From: Candidatus Altiarchaeota archaeon
GTDB taxonomy: Archaea; Altiarchaeota; Altiarchaeia; IMC4; SCGC-AAA252-I15
Assembly: GCA_043804895.1 (NCBI GenBank)
Contig: JAZDIN010000001.1
Location: forward strand, 1 to 48,209
DNA length: 48,209 bases
Direction of reading: 5' to 3'
Below are positions 37,645 to 47,391 of the stretch, one piece after another; positions within the stretch are counted from its first letter, which is position 1; every line of letters begins with the position of its first letter. The translations under genes were made by a program, and so were the position numbers. The notes below the pieces were generated by a model. The model worked only from the letters and a program-made list of their open reading frames with translations. It did not search any database and was not told the DNA's origin.

Positions 37645-38189
37645 CTTATGGTCTTTCTCAAGTTCTTGCAGGACTTCGACTCGACGTCCCTGTAGATGCT
37701 CCTACCCTTAGTATCCATCGTAACAACGAGCGGCATGTCCTTTACCTCAAGCACCCTGAATGCCTCGGGGGCTCCGAACTCCTTCAGCTTGTAACTTTGC
37801 CTTATTCCCTCAACCTTCCCGGCCATCAGCACCCCCGCGCCTCCGACTGCTGCAAGATACACGCACCCGAACTTCCCCATAGCCTTAAGCGTCTTGTCGC
37901 CCATTCCGCCCTTGCCTATGACAGCCCTCACGCGAAACTTCCTTATCACATCAGCCTCGTAAGGTTCCTCCCTCATCGAAGTCGTCGGCCCAGCCGAAAC
38001 CACTTTAACCTCCTTCACAAGGGGCCCGCAGTGGTATATGACGTTCAAGTCAAAAGGCACATTCCCCCCCTCAGATAGGTACTTGTGTGCTGTGTCCCTT
38101 GCCGTGACTATGGTGCCGCTCAACAGTATCCTGTCACCGACATTCAACCTCCTCACAACATCCTCGGTGAGTGGTGTCCTGAGTTTCAA
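37641..38189 (-). CDS. Class I Fe-S fumarate hydratase beta subunit
   Basis: TARDTAH, YHCGP, GPTTSMR and IGKGG. Confidence 0.92.
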   Translation of the reverse strand: MKLRTPLTEDVVRRLNVGDRILLSGTIVTARDTAHKYLSEGGNVPFDLNVIYHCGPLVKEVKVVSAGPTTSMREEPYEADVIRKFRVRAVIGKGGMGDKTLKAMGKFGCVYLAAVGGAGVLMAGKVEGIRQSYKLKEFGAPEAFRVLEVKDMPLVVTMDTKGRSIYRDVESKSCKNLRKTIR

Positions 38190-39010
38190 ACTCCCACCTC
38201 AACGCTACGCCTCCTGCAGGCCCAGCACATTAGCGAGACTCCAACAAAATACGATGCAGGATGGCGAGGTTGACAGCCTACCCTGACAGCCAACGCAGTA
38301 GTCTTACCCCCCAGGCCCATGGGGCCTATCCCCAGGGAATTAATCCTTTCAAGGAGTTTCTTCTCAAACTTTACAAGTCTCCTATCAACGTTGACGTCGT
38401 CCAGCCGCCTCATGAGTTGCTCCTTGCTCAATGCGATTGCAGTGTCAGCTAAGCCTCCGATTCCAACCCCGATAATATATGGTGGGCATCCTTTACCCTG
38501 CGCATCATGGACTGCATCAAGAGTGCATCTGACGACACCCTCTAAATCCCTTCCAGCATCCATCCTCGCATCAGGAAGGTTGTATAGGTGGGTCATGTTC
38601 TCGCTGCCGCCTCCTTTCAACATCAACTCAAATCTCACCTTATCCTTCTCCCATTCGCTGAAGTGGATGACCGGCACGTTAACACCCTCATTCATCCCAG
38701 TCAAGGGATTCACCGAGTTCTGGCGTAGGGGGACGGTTTCAGTTGCTTGCCGCACAGCCTCCGTTATATCCTTCCTAATCCTGCTCCTGTCATATTTTGG
38801 CGGAGTGGTGACGTAGAATATCAGTGTTCCCGTGTCCTGGCACATTGGCATAGACTTCCCCCTTGCAAGTCTCACATTCTCCAGTATGGTATCGAGTACG
38901 TCACGTGCCGTTCCACTCTCCCTCTTGCAAGCTCTAGTCAATGCGTCTTCCACATCCTTCGGCAGGTCTGTCGCGCAATCCCTAATCAATCCCAGAATCT
39001 CATGTTTCAT
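38186..39010 (-). CDS. Class I Fe-S fumarate hydratase alpha subunit
   Basis: CQDTG, KGGGSEN, GCPP and CWACRR. Confidence 0.92.
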   Translation of the reverse strand: MKHEILGLIRDCATDLPKDVEDALTRACKRESGTARDVLDTILENVRLARGKSMPMCQDTGTLIFYVTTPPKYDRSRIRKDITEAVRQATETVPLRQNSVNPLTGMNEGVNVPVIHFSEWEKDKVRFELMLKGGGSENMTHLYNLPDARMDAGRDLEGVVRCTLDAVHDAQGKGCPPYIIGVGIGGLADTAIALSKEQLMRRLDDVNVDRRLVKFEKKLLERINSLGIGPMGLGGKTTALAVRVGCQPRHPASYFVGVSLMCWACRRRSVEVGV

Positions 39011-40278
39011 CTGGACATTACCTCATACGCCTTCCTCGCCTCATTCACGAGCGCCCTCGTCCTGGCAGCCACGTCCTCTGGTTTCACATTCTTCCTTGCA
39101 ACTTTGCTTTCCATAGCAGCCTTCGCCACAGCCGCCGCCTCCCTTGGCATCACCTCAGGGTTAAGAGGATCAGTTATTATATACTCTTCGCTCAATTCAT
39201 CGTCTGAGACCAATTCCGCTATCGCATGCGCTGCAGCCAACTTCATCTCCTCGTTAATGTCGCGTGCCATAACGTCCAAGGCTCCCCTGAATATCCCAGG
39301 GAACCCAAGCACGTTGTTTATCTGGTTTGGGAAATCCGAGCGACCTGTCGCCACAACGCAGGCTCCTGCAGCCTTAGCCTTCTCTGGCATTATTTCAGGG
39401 ACGGGGTTGGCGCATGCGAACACGATTGCATCGTCTGCCATCGACTCCACCATCCCCTCTGTGACGACATTGCCGACTGAGAGGCCGACGAATATGTCAG
39501 CGCCTTTCATAGCGTCTGCTAGCGTGCCTTCAATCGCCTCCTTGTTTGTCACCTTGGCGATGTCCTCCTTGTACTTGTTCATCCCCTCTTTCCTTCCAGC
39601 ATATATCGCCCCTTTGCTGTCGCACATTATCACGTCCTTGACTCCTGCCTTCATGTAGAATCTAGCGCAAGCTATACCCGCAGCTCCGGCTCCGTTGAAC
39701 ACTATCTTGACGTCTGATATCCTCTTGCCAACAACCTTGAGGGCGTTAATAAGTCCTGCGAGTGTGACTATCGCCGTGCCATGTTGGTCGTCGTGGAAGA
39801 TCGGTATGTCCATCTCAGCCTTCAGCCTCTGTTCGATGTCGAAGCACCTGGGGGCGCTGATGTCCTCAAGGTTGATGCCTCCGAATGATGGTTCAAGACA
39901 CTTTACTGTCCTTATTATCTCTTCCGTATCCTTCGTCCTCAGGCAGATAGGATATGCGTCCACGCCAGCGAGCATCTTGAAGAGTATCGCCTTACCTTCC
40001 ATGACCGGAAGCCCAGCTTCAGGTCCGATGTCGCCTAACCCAAGTACCGCGGTGCCGTCGGTCACCACTGCAACCGTGTTCCCCTTACCAGTGTACTCGT
40101 AGACTTTGTTCAAATCCTTCTCAATCAGCTTGCAGGGTTCAGCAACACCGGGGGTGTATGCGAGGCTCAGGTCCTTCTTATTCTCGAGCTTGGTTTTGCT
40201 GACCATGGCAACCTTCCCATGTTTTCTCGAGTGATATTCAAGCACCTCCTCGACAGTGTACCTGACAACATCGACCAT
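39007..40278 (-). CDS. NAD(P)-dependent malic enzyme
   Basis: AYTPGVA, PVMEGK, NLEDI, HDDQHGTA and GAGAAG. Confidence 0.95.
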   Translation of the reverse strand: MVDVVRYTVEEVLEYHSRKHGKVAMVSKTKLENKKDLSLAYTPGVAEPCKLIEKDLNKVYEYTGKGNTVAVVTDGTAVLGLGDIGPEAGLPVMEGKAILFKMLAGVDAYPICLRTKDTEEIIRTVKCLEPSFGGINLEDISAPRCFDIEQRLKAEMDIPIFHDDQHGTAIVTLAGLINALKVVGKRISDVKIVFNGAGAAGIACARFYMKAGVKDVIMCDSKGAIYAGRKEGMNKYKEDIAKVTNKEAIEGTLADAMKGADIFVGLSVGNVVTEGMVESMADDAIVFACANPVPEIMPEKAKAAGACVVATGRSDFPNQINNVLGFPGIFRGALDVMARDINEEMKLAAAHAIAELVSDDELSEEYIITDPLNPEVMPREAAAVAKAAMESKVARKNVKPEDVAARTRALVNEARKAYEVMSR

Positions 40279-40329
40279 GACTGATTTTTCGATTTCGGGT
40301 ATAAAAACAGAAGGTCTCATATCCTAAAG

Positions 40330-41424
40330 ATGAACACGTTCGGCAGGATGCTGAGGCTGACGACATGGGGTGAAAGTCACGGACCGGTGGTCGGCGCCGT
40401 CCTCGACGGCTGCCCGAGTAACCTAGAGATAAGTCTGGAGGAGATACAGCATGAGTTGGACCGGAGGATGCCAGGGCAAAGTTCTATCACGACGTCAAGG
40501 TCCGAGCCTGACAGGGTACAACTCCTTTCAGGCATTTTTGAAGGAAAGACCCTAGGCACTCCGATTAGCATGGTAATCCCTAATATAGACTCAGATTCAA
40601 GCAAATACGAGGAGTTCATAAACAAGCCAAGGCCAGGCCACGCTGACCTGACGTGGCGCATGAAATTCGGGCATGTGGACTGGCGCGGCGGTGGAAGAAG
40701 CTCAGCAAGGGAGACTGTCGGGAGGGTGGCGGCTGGTGCTGTCGCCAAAAAGCTATTGCACAGGTTCAACGTACAGGTCGTGGCATATTCGAAGCAGATA
40801 GGGCTCGTCACCTCAGACGAGACTGCCGAGTCCCCGATGAAAGGCATCTCAGACCTGATAGAGTCGAACAGCGTGCGGGCGCTGGACGTTGAGACGTCAG
40901 CTGAGATGGAGGCTGCGGTCAAGTTCGCCCAAAAGTCAGGCGACTCAGTCGGCGGCATCGTGGAGTGCGTCGCATTCAACGTCCCCCCAGGATTAGGCGA
41001 GCCCGTGTTCGGCAAAATCAACGCAGACCTGGCCTCAGCATTAATCTCGATACCAGCTGCTAAGGGAGTCGAGTTCGGCCTCGGATTCGTATCATCCGGT
41101 ATGCTCGGCAGCGAAGTCAACGACGAATACTACGTCGAACACAAGACCGTTCGGACGAAGACGAACAGGAGCGGCGGAATACAAGGCGGAATCACGAACG
41201 GGATGCCTATCGTGTTGAGGGTCGCATTCAAGCCGACGGCCTCGATAAAAAAGAGGCAGCACACAGTCGACCTAGCCCAAGGCAGAAACACATACGTCCA
41301 GATTGAAGGCAGACACGACCCATGCGTCGTCCCAAGGGCGGTCCCGGTAGTCGAGGCCATGGTCAACCTCGTAATAGCAGACCACATGATGCTCTCAGGG
41401 CAGATACCAAGGCGGCTGAAGTGA
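40330..41424 (+). CDS. aroC: Chorismate synthase
   Basis: GESHG, RPGHAD, RSSARET and RHDPC. Confidence 0.97.
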   Translation: MNTFGRMLRLTTWGESHGPVVGAVLDGCPSNLEISLEEIQHELDRRMPGQSSITTSRSEPDRVQLLSGIFEGKTLGTPISMVIPNIDSDSSKYEEFINKPRPGHADLTWRMKFGHVDWRGGGRSSARETVGRVAAGAVAKKLLHRFNVQVVAYSKQIGLVTSDETAESPMKGISDLIESNSVRALDVETSAEMEAAVKFAQKSGDSVGGIVECVAFNVPPGLGEPVFGKINADLASALISIPAAKGVEFGLGFVSSGMLGSEVNDEYYVEHKTVRTKTNRSGGIQGGITNGMPIVLRVAFKPTASIKKRQHTVDLAQGRNTYVQIEGRHDPCVVPRAVPVVEAMVNLVIADHMMLSGQIPRRLK

Positions 41425-41449
41425 AAGAGAAAAGCAAGAAGAGGCTGCT

Positions 41450-41599
41450 CTAACCCAGCTCCTTCTTTAGCTTCGCGAGTTCCTCGTGGTTCTTAGGATT
41501 CCTCTTCAACGGGTCCATCCTAACCTTCTCCTCAAGCTCCGCTATCTTTGCTTTAAGCTTCCCGCTCCTGTGTGCCAAGTCCTTTTTGCTCATAGTCAT
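41450..41599 (-). CDS. 49 aa basic coiled-coil small protein, missing from the ORF track
   Basis: MTMSKKDLAHRSGKLKAKIAELEEKVRMDPLKRNPKNHEELAKLKKELG. SD AGGTGA lies 5 nt upstream. Confidence 0.75.
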   Translation of the reverse strand: MTMSKKDLAHRSGKLKAKIAELEEKVRMDPLKRNPKNHEELAKLKKELG

Positions 41600-41604
41600 A
41601 TCAA

Positions 41605-41735
41605 TCACCTATAGACGATAGCAAATGTATTTTAACTTCTGACAATGTACATTTGCTATCGAATATATCGAATGACATATAAATTCGGCTGATTTACAAC
41701 AAGCCAAAGTTCAACAACTTATGTCATTCGCTATA
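41605..41735 (-). repeat. Copy 2 of the duplicated structured intergenic element
   Basis: Perfect 13 bp IR GATAGCAAATGTA-N18-TACATTTGCTATC (41617-41660) and a 16/17 IR ATATATCGAATGACATA...TATGTCATTCGCTATAT. Confidence 0.8.
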
Positions 41736-41750
41736 TGCTATTTTGAAATC

Positions 41751-44321
41751 TCACCCGTATCCATACTTTCTTATGAACCAGGTTTTGACTTTTTGCACCA
41801 TCAGGAGGTACACGACCACAATAGCTGCCAGGATTGCAAAGTATTGCATCGGTAGTTGTACGAATCCGAAGTGCGCGCCCAACGGTGATAACGTTATCCC
41901 GAAACCGATTACGAGTATTAGTATCGACGTCAATGCCAGAAGCTTGCTCGGGCTGCTTTCGATGAACGGAATCTTTCCTGTTCGTATCACATGTATTACG
42001 AGCGTCTGCGTTGTCAGAGACTCCAGGAACCAGCCTGTGTGGAAGAGCGCAGGGTTCGCCCAAGAGTTGAAGACGTAGAGCATCACGAAGAAGGTGGTGA
42101 AATCGAATATCGAGCTTATCGGGCCTATGATAGTCATGAACTTCCTGATGTAGTCCACCCTCCAGGGCCTCGGCTCCTTAAGGTAAATCTCATCAACCTC
42201 GTCTGTTGGTATGCCAACCTGCGAAAGGTCATATAGGAAGTTGTTGAGGAGTATCTGTATCGGGGTCATAGGCAGGAACGGGAGGAATATCACCGCGCCG
42301 GTCATGCTCAGCATGTTCCCGAAGTTGGAGCTTGACCCCATCTTTATGTACTTCACTATGTTGCTGAACGTCTTGCGCCCTTCAATAACTCCGTCTTTTA
42401 TCACAGTCAGGCTCTTTCTTAGGAGTATTATGTCAGCCGATTCCTTGGCTATGTCAACCGCATTATCCACAGAGATTCCAACGTCAGATGTCTTGAGAGC
42501 GGGGGCGTCGTTTATGCCGTCGCCGAGGAAGCCTACTATGTGGTTGTTCTTGTGGAGAGCTTGTATTATCCTCTCCTTCTGCAAAGGTGACAAGCGTGCG
42601 AATATCGTCGTCTTCTCCACAAGCGACTGAAGTTCCGTATCGCTCAGGACCTCTATCTGCTCGCCTGTGGCCATACCCACCACATCCAAACCCACCTCGG
42701 CCGCTATCTTCTTCGTAACAACTTCGTTGTCGCCTGTTAAGACCTTAACCTCTATACCAAGGCCCTCCAGTGACTCGATGGTCCTCTTGACTGTCGGCTT
42801 CGGCGGGTCTAGGAAGGCGAGGTATCCCTTGAGTATCAACTCCCTCTCATCCTCCTTGGAATATCCCTCCTTTTCAGAGCTAACATCCCCGTATGCCACA
42901 GCCAGCACCCTAAACCCTTCTGAGCTTAGGTTGTTGTGTTCCTCCCTAAGGTCTGACAGCATGAGCTCCTTCATCTCATGTATCTCGCCGTTGAGCTCGT
43001 ATTTCGTGCATCTCTTGAACACCTCCTCTGGCGCGCCTTTTGTTATGATAGTGCGCTTGCCGTTCAGTTCGACGACGACGGACATAACCCTCCTTGAGAA
43101 GTCGAATGGCATCTCATCGATCTTCCTGTACTGGGTGACAGCTAGTTTCTCGTGTTTTAGGATTGTCTTGTCAAGGAGGTTTTTTAGGCCGGTCTGGTAG
43201 AAGCTGTTGATGTAGGCATATCTCAGTACATCCTCATCTTCTTTACCTGTGACATCGCAGTGCTTCTCCAACACTATCTTGTCCAATGTTAGGGTGCCTG
43301 TCTTGTCGGTGCACAGCACGTCCATGGCACCGAAGTTCTGTATGGTGTGGAGGCGTTTGACGATAACCTGCTTTTTTGACATCGCGATGGCTCCCTTCGA
43401 AAGGTTTATGGTGACAATCATCGGTAGCATCTCAGGTGTGAGGCCAACTGCGACGGCAAGAGAGAACATGAAGGATTCTATCACGTTCCCCTTTAGGATA
43501 GCGTTTATTGCGAAGATGAAACACACCATCGTGACCATCATCCGTATCATCAGCCAGGTGAACTCTTTTATCCCCGTGTCGAATCCCGTCTCTGTTGCGG
43601 TTGCAGTGAGGCGGCGTGATATCTCCCCCAGTTTTGTGTAGACTCCGGTGCGTATGACCAGCCCAAGTCCAGTGCCGCTCTCCACGCTTGAACCCATGAA
43701 TGCGATGTTCGTCAACTCCGCCACTGATAGGTTCTTCGGTTGTGTCGGAGCGCAGTTTTTTTCAACAGGGAAGGATTCCCCAGTCAAAGTGGCCTGGTTG
43801 ACGAAAATGTCCTTGCAGGATATTATCCTAAGGTCGGCTGGTATCATGTCACCAGCGAACAGGTCGACGATGTCACCTGGGGTTATCTCCCTTATCTTAA
43901 TCTCCTTAGGCTTGCCGTTGCGGTAAACTGTCGCCGTAGTGTGGACCATCTCGCTCAGCTTCTCCGCTTCCTTACCTGAGCGGTACTCTTGCACGAACGA
44001 CATGGTGGCGCTCATCAGTATCATGAGGAACACGAGGAATGCGCTAATCTCCTCTCCGAAGTACATGGAGACTATGCCAATGACTGTGAGCACCAATACC
44101 AGCGGGTTGAAGAACTTTGATATGAACTGGTAGAGGACGGTCCTCCTCTTCTTCCTAGATGTTTCGTTGCTGCCGTACTCCTCAAGCCGTCTTTCAGCCT
44201 CCTTCTCGGACAGGCCTTTGATTGACGTCTCGTACTTGTCGAGCAAAAGGTCGGCTGGTGAGCTGCTGGTCTGGATTAAGTCGATCTCCTGCTTCCTTTT
44301 AGCAGCACGATCAAAGAACAT
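41751..44321 (-). CDS. mgtA: Mg2+-translocating P-type ATPase
   Basis: TGES, TPEMLP, DKTGT, GDGINDAP, SSNFGN and TGWFLES. Confidence 0.95.
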   Translation of the reverse strand: MFFDRAAKRKQEIDLIQTSSSPADLLLDKYETSIKGLSEKEAERRLEEYGSNETSRKKRRTVLYQFISKFFNPLVLVLTVIGIVSMYFGEEISAFLVFLMILMSATMSFVQEYRSGKEAEKLSEMVHTTATVYRNGKPKEIKIREITPGDIVDLFAGDMIPADLRIISCKDIFVNQATLTGESFPVEKNCAPTQPKNLSVAELTNIAFMGSSVESGTGLGLVIRTGVYTKLGEISRRLTATATETGFDTGIKEFTWLMIRMMVTMVCFIFAINAILKGNVIESFMFSLAVAVGLTPEMLPMIVTINLSKGAIAMSKKQVIVKRLHTIQNFGAMDVLCTDKTGTLTLDKIVLEKHCDVTGKEDEDVLRYAYINSFYQTGLKNLLDKTILKHEKLAVTQYRKIDEMPFDFSRRVMSVVVELNGKRTIITKGAPEEVFKRCTKYELNGEIHEMKELMLSDLREEHNNLSSEGFRVLAVAYGDVSSEKEGYSKEDERELILKGYLAFLDPPKPTVKRTIESLEGLGIEVKVLTGDNEVVTKKIAAEVGLDVVGMATGEQIEVLSDTELQSLVEKTTIFARLSPLQKERIIQALHKNNHIVGFLGDGINDAPALKTSDVGISVDNAVDIAKESADIILLRKSLTVIKDGVIEGRKTFSNIVKYIKMGSSSNFGNMLSMTGAVIFLPFLPMTPIQILLNNFLYDLSQVGIPTDEVDEIYLKEPRPWRVDYIRKFMTIIGPISSIFDFTTFFVMLYVFNSWANPALFHTGWFLESLTTQTLVIHVIRTGKIPFIESSPSKLLALTSILILVIGFGITLSPLGAHFGFVQLPMQYFAILAAIVVVYLLMVQKVKTWFIRKYGYG

Positions 44322-44327
44322 ACACTT

Positions 44328-45251
44328 TCACTTCACATTAAAGCATCTCTTAAAAACCCTATCGCAGTCCGCCTCCTTTGTCGCATTGAATGTCTCATAC
44401 CCTTCCGGGAGTTCTCCACCCTTTTCGTTGACTGCGGCGACGACAGTGAGGCCGAACTTCTCTTTAATCTCCTCAAGAAGGTTCAGCTGCTCTTTCAGTG
44501 GGACCTGCGGGTCTATTATGAAAAGCACCACGTTGGCGAGGTACTTCAGTGCGAGGACGGCTTGAAGCTCAACTTTGTTGCGCTGCCCCATTGGCCTGTC
44601 AAGTATCCCAGGGGAGTCTATTATCTGGTATTCAGCGTGTCTTATCATCTTGTGCCCGATTAGTATGTCCGTTGTAGTGAACGGGTACGGCGCGACCTTC
44701 ACGTTTGAGCCTGTGAGCGTCCTCACAAAAGTGCTTTTGCCAGCATTAGGTATCCCGGCGACGACCAATGTGGGCACCTCCTTCACGAACGGGAACGAGC
44801 GCAGTACGGCCTTCACATCCTGCAGGTAGTCCAGTTCAGGCTTAATCCTCCCAACGAATGAGCCCACCCTCCCCAGGAACTCCTTGCTTTGTGATGTGTC
44901 CTTGCTCACCTTCAACTTCCTCAGGGTCTTGTCCTTGATTGACTCCACCCTCTCCGAACACCACTTGACAGTCGCCAGGCTCTTCTTGTACCTGTCCTTG
45001 TCCACGCGCAAGTCAAGGAGCCTCTGATGGAACTCTGACAACTCCTCATAAGTTGGGAAATATTCCACGACAGCGTCCAGGTCTCCGATGATTATGCCCC
45101 CAATCATCTGGACCCTCCTGATTTCCCCAGTCAACAGTTTCTCAGGTTTCTTAGGCCCCATTCCACGCGCTATCTTACCCTCCTTAGACCCGGCCCTGAA
45201 GGCCTTGTCGACCAGGTCCTCGGCTGAGGGCACGTGCGGGAGTTTGAACAT
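44328..45251 (-). CDS. NOG1 family GTPase
   Basis: GIPNAGKS, YPFTT, DSPGILDRP..RN and an N-terminal helical NOG1 domain. Confidence 0.92.
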   Translation of the reverse strand: MFKLPHVPSAEDLVDKAFRAGSKEGKIARGMGPKKPEKLLTGEIRRVQMIGGIIIGDLDAVVEYFPTYEELSEFHQRLLDLRVDKDRYKKSLATVKWCSERVESIKDKTLRKLKVSKDTSQSKEFLGRVGSFVGRIKPELDYLQDVKAVLRSFPFVKEVPTLVVAGIPNAGKSTFVRTLTGSNVKVAPYPFTTTDILIGHKMIRHAEYQIIDSPGILDRPMGQRNKVELQAVLALKYLANVVLFIIDPQVPLKEQLNLLEEIKEKFGLTVVAAVNEKGGELPEGYETFNATKEADCDRVFKRCFNVK

Positions 45252-45294
45252 CCTATATATTTACTCCACACCAAGTAATATGCGGGTGATGGTT

Positions 45295-45645
45295 ATGGGC
45301 AAGTCCACTGTCAAGATAAAGCATCTCGGGCTAGTCTCAACAGGGAAGTTCCTATCAGTATTCTGCCTGATATTCAGCATCCTGATGCTTGGTGTATGGG
45401 CCTTGGTTTTCGGCATGTTCATGCTGTTCTCCCTTGTTCTAGGCCTTGGACTCGGGGGAAGAGACGCCCTTTTTGGGATGGTGCTTGCTTCAGGCTTCAG
45501 TCTCGTGACATTCCTCCTCATGGCAGTCGCATTCGTGGTGATATACACGGTCATGGGCTTCGTGATGGGCGTGATAATGGCGTTCGTCTTCAACCTCGTC
45601 GTCAAAATATCGGGCGGCCTCTCGCTCGACGCTGAGATAGGTTAG
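45295..45645 (+). CDS. DUF3566-like membrane protein
   Basis: IKHLGLVS..K, two TMs and FNLVVKISGGL. SD GGTGA precedes ATG 45295. Confidence 0.7.
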   Translation: MGKSTVKIKHLGLVSTGKFLSVFCLIFSILMLGVWALVFGMFMLFSLVLGLGLGGRDALFGMVLASGFSLVTFLLMAVAFVVIYTVMGFVMGVIMAFVFNLVVKISGGLSLDAEIG

Positions 45646-45649
45646 GCTG

Positions 45650-46729
45650 ATGGCTTCAATCGCTTTCATAGGTGACTGTCACCTAGGGTACCGGCATAGG
45701 TTCAAGGCCAAGCGGTTGATGGATTATTCTAAGGCTTTTGAGGAGGCTGTGGACAAGGCTTTGGGGATGAAACCTGATGCAGTCGTCTTCATGGGAGATC
45801 TCCTCCACCACTCCAAGCCTGACCCGGTGAGCCTGAGGACTGTGTTGAGGAAGCTCATACAGGTTGCAGGGGTGTGTCCGGTCGTTGTCTGCATAGGTAA
45901 CCACGAGATTGAAGGCCACCTTGGGACTACGTACTCTCCGATATATGGCGATGTGGATGAAAACATTCACGTACTCACGTCAGAGAATCCGCACCTCGCA
46001 CTCAACATCAGTGGCAAGACATATGGATTCCACGGGTTCGAGTTCACTCGCGGAAGGGAGCAGGCTCAGGAGAAGCTGAGGAAGATCACTTCAGAGGCGA
46101 ACGCCCAGGTGAACATACTGTGTCTCCACCAGGCTGTTGAGAGATACCTCACCCCCCATGAAATCCCACTATCACTGCTGCGCGAAGTAGCGCCTATATA
46201 CAACCTCATCGTATCCGGCCACGTGCACAAACACCAGCCGATAAGGGAGGTCTCGGACGTCACGCCAGCATTCTACTGCGGCAGCACCGAGAGGATAAGC
46301 TTCAACGAAGCCTCAAACCATAACGGATTCCTCTGGGTTGAGAAAGACGACTTCGCAAGGCCGAAGTTCATAGCAGTGGATTCGGCGCCGATGTCATACG
46401 TGCGCGAGAATTTCAATGGCACTCCAGCGGAAATAAACAAACTGGTGGAGGATATCGTCAAGGCGAATCCCTCACCCCTCCTGAAGGTCGAATTGACCTC
46501 GGAAATAAAAGGTGACATGATGGACATACGCCGCGACTGGAGTGTATTCGAAGAGGGCAGGACAGTCCTTGAGGTGACGGTCCAGCCGATCGAGGACGAC
46601 TCCCAACTCCAGCTTGAACGAGTGGAGTTGAGCGAGGACTTAATAAGGGAGTACTTCCAAAAGTCAGGCACTAAAAACAAGGAGCTTGAGGACCTCTGCG
46701 TCGAGCTCTACAGAAGGTACGCATCATGA
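45650..46729 (+). CDS. mre11: Mre11/SbcD nuclease
   Basis: DCHLG, GDLLH, GNHE, HQ, GHVH and GSTERISFNE. Confidence 0.88.
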   Translation: MASIAFIGDCHLGYRHRFKAKRLMDYSKAFEEAVDKALGMKPDAVVFMGDLLHHSKPDPVSLRTVLRKLIQVAGVCPVVVCIGNHEIEGHLGTTYSPIYGDVDENIHVLTSENPHLALNISGKTYGFHGFEFTRGREQAQEKLRKITSEANAQVNILCLHQAVERYLTPHEIPLSLLREVAPIYNLIVSGHVHKHQPIREVSDVTPAFYCGSTERISFNEASNHNGFLWVEKDDFARPKFIAVDSAPMSYVRENFNGTPAEINKLVEDIVKANPSPLLKVELTSEIKGDMMDIRRDWSVFEEGRTVLEVTVQPIEDDSQLQLERVELSEDLIREYFQKSGTKNKELEDLCVELYRRYAS

Positions 46730-47391
46730 TAACATTCGGCAACAACTTTGACACCCTACTTGCAGGCGGTCTTGAGGATGCGGTCGTGACCCAGTTCTTC
46801 GGGCCACCAGCCTCAGGGAAGACTAACCTGGCGCTGATAGCGTCTGCGAGGGCTCTCGGGCGCGGTAAGGTGATATACGTGGACCCTGAGGGTGGTTTCA
46901 GCTTCGAAAGACTCAGGCAGATTTCAGGCGAAAAGTTCAACGACACGTTGAACAACATAATACTCCTACAACCGACGACGTTCGACGAGCAGAAAGTAGC
47001 GATATCAAAGCTCGACGACATAGTCACCTCAGTGAAGGTGTCGCTCGTTGTCGTAGACAGCATCGCGATGCTCTACAGGATGGAGGAGGACAAGGACGTG
47101 AGGATGCTCGGTCGTATGCTCGCGCACCTCCTTCGCATAGCAAGGAAATACAACATCCCAGTGCTCCTCACAAACCAGGTGTACTCGGAATTCGACACGA
47201 ACATAATACGGCCCATAGGCGGCCAGATTTCCGAGTACTTCACGAAGAACATGGTGGAACTGTGCCGAAGGGAAGACCACACAAGATACGCGGTCTTGAG
47301 ACGGCACCAAAGCCAGCCCGAAGGCCTCAGCATGGACTTCAATATAACTGCGAGCGGTATTGAGGCGTCAGTTGAGCCCTCTCTAGCCTAA
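46726..47391 (+). CDS. radB: DNA repair protein RadB
   Basis: GPPASGKT, VDPEGGFS.ER, VVVDS and a basic patch RRH. No N-terminal HhH domain. Confidence 0.92.
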   Translation: MITFGNNFDTLLAGGLEDAVVTQFFGPPASGKTNLALIASARALGRGKVIYVDPEGGFSFERLRQISGEKFNDTLNNIILLQPTTFDEQKVAISKLDDIVTSVKVSLVVVDSIAMLYRMEEDKDVRMLGRMLAHLLRIARKYNIPVLLTNQVYSEFDTNIIRPIGGQISEYFTKNMVELCRREDHTRYAVLRRHQSQPEGLSMDFNITASGIEASVEPSLA

